From NCBI GenBank assembly GCA_964199315.1, contig OZ116703.1, positions 9,238,001-9,302,000 on the forward strand: 64,000 nt of DNA, given 5' to 3'. Below, piece after piece: positions 59,101 through 64,000 of the stretch. Below the pieces are notes generated by a model that ran no database searches, was not told where the DNA came from, and worked only from the letters and a program-made list of their open reading frames with translations. The stretch is from Orbicella franksi (Eukaryota). The translations under genes were made by a program, and so were the position numbers. Positions within the stretch are counted from its first letter, which is position 1; every line of letters begins with the position of its first letter.

Positions 59101-62100
59101 GAATGCTCATGAAGTATATCATTATGGGCCATGTTTGGAGACTTCCCTAGCTAGTTGTATAGACAATCTAGGTCTACCTAGAAAGAGATTGTTCAGTTGC
59201 CTAATCACTCTGTGTTAATTAATACACCTTTGCAGACTCAGGGTACCCTTCTTGAATCCATGGATGCCTTGTTTATTGGCCGAAAAAAGTCAGCAGGCAG
59301 AAGTGTGAGAAATCCTCTCTTTGGAACTGTTTTGTTTGATGATGACACAGAGGTGGAAGAGTTTGTTCAGCAACATCCAACAACCAGTAGAGCAAATGGG
59401 GTGTGTGGAAACCTGTTTTCTCCAGCAGAACTATTTGAGACATTAACTGACTGAAACTATGTTGATACAGGGCTGTTAAAATTACATTAGAAAAATGATC
59501 TGGTAGTGGGAAAGTGCAATGAAGGGTGGGGAAAGGCAGGTATTTACCTAAGATTATTACATTAATTGTATATTGTCTTAACTACAGCAGCGGGAATCGC
59601 CCAGCTGCATTGTGAATATCTCTTATTATTATTGCTATTAGTCAATTTAGATTGACTATTTAAACCTTAAAAATGACAATGATATTTTTTGTTGTTTCTC
59701 CTGTACTTAGACTCACAGAATTGGATCATTTTTTGTTTCATTTAATTATAAGGTGTGTGGTGACTTTCTTGCTGGTGATGCACTACGTTCAAGATCTCAA
59801 TATTCTGCCCTCAGTGAAACTGCCATATTTGGGCGGGCCTGTCGTCATGAGTTTCCCAAAAAATTTGTCAATATGAAACATGGTGAAAGGTAACATTTGT
59901 TTATGTTGTACTCCTTTACTGAATTGTCACTGTCAGAATTGCTTTGATTAATTTATTGATAATTTCTTTATTTCCTACCTTCCTTCCTTCCTTCCTTTCT
60001 TTCTTTAATTCTTTCTCTCTTTCTCTCTCTCTTGTTATGTAATTTTTGTTAAAGGATATAACAACATCAACAACAACAACAACATCCTCTTTATTACCCT
60101 TTTTTCATTAATTAATTAATACAGAAATATATAAAATATTGCTAAAAATTAGGGTTCTGGCAACCCGAAATAACCACTAGGTTAAAAATGCTGGGTTGCC
60201 AGTTTACAAATTGGTTAGTCAATGCTTTAATTTTGTGTCTAATTTTTAATTCTATGTTTTAATTTTGTTTCTAATAGGCCTGCATACCCAGTTTGGATGT
60301 TGCAGAATCTGCTTGAGGAAATTGGTGATCAGTCCACAGATGTATGCATGCTTTATGATATTGCTTGTCACCTGGAAACTCATTTACAGGTTCTGTTATC
60401 ATTTTTTCATTTACTATTTTCATGAAAGGTCATGTAGATCTTATAACAAAGTCTTTTAAGCACCAGTTAAGCAATGAAGTTTTTAATTTTGCTTTGATGC
60501 AATATTACCACTGTAGGCCCAAGGACAGCATCACATCCTACAGTCTGTCAAGTTTGCCATTCCCATTTTCCATAGCTATGGACACAAAGCAAAATGCCAG
60601 GTTTGCTTAAATTATTCAGTTGACATCTGCTCATGTGTGTACATGTGTGTTTTTGTTTGTTTGCCACACTGTATATCATGTTTTCTGTCAGAAAATTTGT
60701 CACAAAATTTCTTGGTGATTATTATTGAAATGTCCACTTATTTGAAACTAACTGTATGTCAAAAAAGTAGTATTTTAAAAAAGATGAGCATGTATGGCCA
60801 CCCTGTGTTATGGGGTCAATGTTTGTGTTACTGGGATTGAACAGCATTTGTACTGTGTATTTAGTTCTGTTTTGGTGAATTGTACTGATTTCCTAGATCA
60901 AATACAGTCCCAGGAGAGTTCCTGGCTTTGGTCTCACAGATGGTGAAGTCATGGAGAGACTTTGGTCTTTTTTACGGAGATTTGGAAAAATGACCAAGGA
61001 AATGAGGCCAAACCACCGGGTGGATGTTCTATCTGATGCTCTTTTCTTTTATGCCAAAAAAGGATCAGCAAGTTTAGGTTAGCTGAATGAACTTTTCATT
61101 CGTGCAATGTCAGTAGCAGCTTAATTAAGAAATTGTTGTTTAGGAAGGATTTCTTTGCATGGTTCCCGTGAACTTCTTTTTTACAAAAATATATGCCTCT
61201 TTGTTGTATGCGTTACAAGCAAATTTTGCCCCCTCTAGTCTTCTCCTTTTCCTTTTGAAACCCTTGGATGGCAAGAAAATGCTGAAATTCTCATTTAAAG
61301 AATAGTTGTTTAAGAACCATCAGCTTTAACTAATATTTTATTTTTAAGGGAATTTTATTTTCATTCCATTTGTTTCCCCCAGGGAAACTTTTGTGTGTTC
61401 GCATGAAGAAAGCACATTTGGTAATTAAAGATGCAGAGGAAGAATTGTCAAAATTGCAGGATAGCCTTACAGGTCAGATTGTTTTGCTTCCTCCTGATAA
61501 TGTTGACTGCTGAACTCATCTGTGCCTGTTGCAGTTGGAGTCATGTACCTAACAGATTCATTTCAGTCTTTTGAGAATTATGTCACTTTTCCTTTCAGAA
61601 ACAGGCGATTTTTTTTTCTGTATTCCATTTCCTTTCCTTTTGCAATGTCCATGCAAATTAGACATGTTTATATTATAACTACAGTATGTTCACAAGAAAA
61701 TATCAACACGGTTTTATACATGTAAGCTGTCGAAAAGGTTTGAATTGCTTTACACTGGTACTAATATTATAAAATATTCATTTTGCAGTACCGGTTCGAA
61801 GGGAAGATGTTGCTGAATGGGCAAAGCAGGAAGCAGAATGGACAGGAGGATTACATAACCCAGTTGAAGAACCCTGTTGGAGACATGGCTATGTAATCTA
61901 CCTTAAAATGTTCTATGAAATCCGCTCAAAATGGGAACAAGCATCTGACCCTGATAAACTTCAGCAACTTTATGGACAGTTGACCAAGTATGTATTTTTG
62001 GGGGGATTTAGCCTATAATTTTTAATGCTTGTTTGCTTGCTTTTAGTGGTAAATGCATTTTTTGACTATATTTTGGTATGTACCGTTGTTGCTGCATCAT

Positions 62101-63348
62101 TTAATCAAAAGTGCTTTGTTAGGGTTGGGCCTCTTCAGAGTGTTTGATAGAGAAAAAGCCTATCATGCCACATACATTACGTGACATTTTACCCTCGGGC
62201 ACAGATTCTTTTTCAAATCTCCTCTATTCCTTTGTCAAAATCACTTTATACCGTGTAGCTCAATTTTCAGCAGCATTGGATGAAAATAAATGTGTGTATA
62301 AAATATTTTGTTGGATTTTATTAGATTAGAAGGAGTTTTGTCAGATTTGGAGCACAGAAATGGCATTACTCAGCGTTGGACTACTGCTTGTGAAGAATAT
62401 CGGATGGCTCGAGATGCTGCCTATGACCGAAGCAAAAGGGTTGCTTTAGTGAAACTGCATACAAAGGTTGTAGAACGGTGGTTCTTGTTGTGCTTGAAGG
62501 CGAAATATGCTGGCAAGTATTTTACCCAAATTTATGTATTTAAAAAGCTGGAGCGATTTGAGAGTCATGAAAACTGGTATCCGGTGTGATTGTTTGTGTG
62601 CAAGGAGATACGTGAAGTAAGAGCGGACCTGCCTCTTTTGCTAATCTCGAGAAGTTCCTGTGAAACGTATGTTAAACTCACAAACTTTAATTATCAACAT
62701 GTATTTTCAGGGCCGTAATGAAAACCGCCGTTGGCGAGGGGGTTCCCTGGTTAAAAATTGCTGTTACTATTATTGTTATGATTGTNNNNNNNNNNNNNNN
62801 NNNNNNNNNNNNNNNNNNNNNNNNNNNNNNNNNNNNNNNNNNNNNNNNNNNNNNNNNNNNNNNNNNNNNNNNNNNNNNNNNNNNNNNNNNNNNNNNNNNN
62901 NNNNNNNNNNNNNNNNNNNNNNNNNNNNNNNNNNNNNNNNNNNNNNNNNNNNNNNNNNNNNNNNNNNNNNNNTAATTGTGCTACTCTGTTTACTTCTCTT
63001 AGATGGTCATGCTCTTGCCAAACGGCTCTCCAAACAAATTTCGCAAGCAACGAAGGCCATGGTAACTTCTCTCAATGAATTCAACAGACTTGAGTGCAGC
63101 AGTGATTGGCCACTGCCTCGCTCGTTCGAGGTCGATGAAGTTAAAAATCCGGAAACAGAAGCTTTTTTTTGGAGCCGACAGACATCCCTTTAAAGAACAA
63201 CTTTGAAACGGAAGAGGATGAACGAACTTTTCTTAGCCTTCCGGAAAGTGCTGATGGACAAGCCAGTGACAGTGACAGTGATGATGACACGGAATATGAA
63301 ACTGAAGTCACTGATGATGCTGATAGTGGTTTCAACAGTTTGACCTAA
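56148..63348 (+). CDS. KDZ (Kyakuja-Dileera-Zisupton) superfamily transposase with N-terminal CxC cysteine cluster, 15 exons, ~775-825 aa
   Basis: Phase-consistent exons: 56148-56155, 56290-56749 (CHFC..RCLDC..CKSC..H..FHH), 57345-57471, 57973-58193 (FCNCE..LWGATP..AF), 58630-58679, 58781-58892 (CPACPK), 59236-59400 (MDALF), 59753-59889 (CRH), 60278-60389 (YDIAC), 60517-60600 (FHSYGH..CQ), 60897-61077 (GLTDGEVMERLWS), 61383-61472, 61789-61987, 62325-62512 (GC donor), 63003-63193. The acidic tail to 63348 needs a +1 correction in a T8 run. Confidence 0.85.
62786..62972. other. Assembly gap (N run) inside KDZ intron 14
   Basis: Run of N. The flanking exons join in phase as KYA-DG, so probably no exon is hidden. 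Confidence 0.99.
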
Positions 63349-64000
63349 TTAATACAATTTGCAATGTTTGGATTTCTTGTACGAGGAATTTATCATGTTA
63401 CAAATCTTGCGTTAAATTTATGATTCCACGATCACTGTACAATTAAAGTGCATTTTGTCCACCCTCCAAAGAAGTCTGTTTTATTGTGAAATGAACTATG
63501 CCGTTCCAGACGGTTGAGTGACATGGGAACGAATTAGTCAGAAATTAATATTCTGACGACACGTTGGAGAGATTGGCGCGGCATGATGGGTTAACCGGGA
63601 GTAGTTAAGGGCCCATTAACCGATTTATGCGCGCGCTCGCGCGCGTTATTAAGGGGGGGGGGGGGGGAAATTTCACTTTCGGTTACTTACGTCAGCCTGA
63701 GCGCGGAAAATAAAAACAACTCAATAACTTGCAAATTCGCTTACATTTTGGATGTTTTCCTTTGTTTTTCACAAAATGCAGAGTAAAAAAAGTACAAGAC
63801 AAAATAAGAGAAAGACAGAAAAACAAGAGCAATAGAAAGAGAAAAACTAGCTCCGGGTGTCTTTGTTTGATCTTACCAAAGTGCACTAGTAATGTAAATA
63901 GCGCACGCGCTGATAGAGTAACTTCCAGTATATTTCGGGCGCACTTCCGGTTTCTTTAAATATTAAAGGAAACGCGGTTTTTCATTAAATCCAGCCTTTT

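Noticed and set aside
62660-63078. ORFs spanning the N run
   Set aside because: Artefacts of N translation; only 63003-63193 is a real exon.
63605-63612. TTAAGGG as the right TIR of the KDZ element
   Set aside because: Only 6 bp match the candidate left end, and there is no subterminal array or TSD.

Overview
Eukaryotic, AT-rich, repeat-dense genomic DNA. The repeat families, short GT-AG introns and gene content point to a cnidarian, probably a stony coral (inference). There is no prokaryotic operon, rRNA, true tRNA gene or CRISPR array. The first ~39 kb is a nested stack of mobile elements: a young Ty3/Gypsy LTR retrotransposon (1949-6481, -), a near-intact single-ORF CR1/L2-type LINE with a 2A-like peptide (7925-11615, -), a DIRS1-type tyrosine-recombinase retroelement with complete termini but a deleted RT core (19881-23727, -), a 5'-truncated Penelope-like element with a hammerhead-ribozyme relic, two decayed Helitron-type fragments, Ngaro-like and Crypton-like remnants, SINEs, MITEs and local duplications. 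A host gene of at least 13 exons for a two-Ig-domain receptor tyrosine kinase with HGD instead of HRD lies at 40106-~51427 (+). A 15-exon KDZ (Kyakuja-Dileera-Zisupton) type transposase gene with an N-terminal CxC cysteine cluster lies at 56148-63348 (+), preceded by a candidate terminus and a decayed divergent gene. All exon models were built by hand from splice signals, phase continuity and recalled motifs; no database search was run, so family names need confirming.
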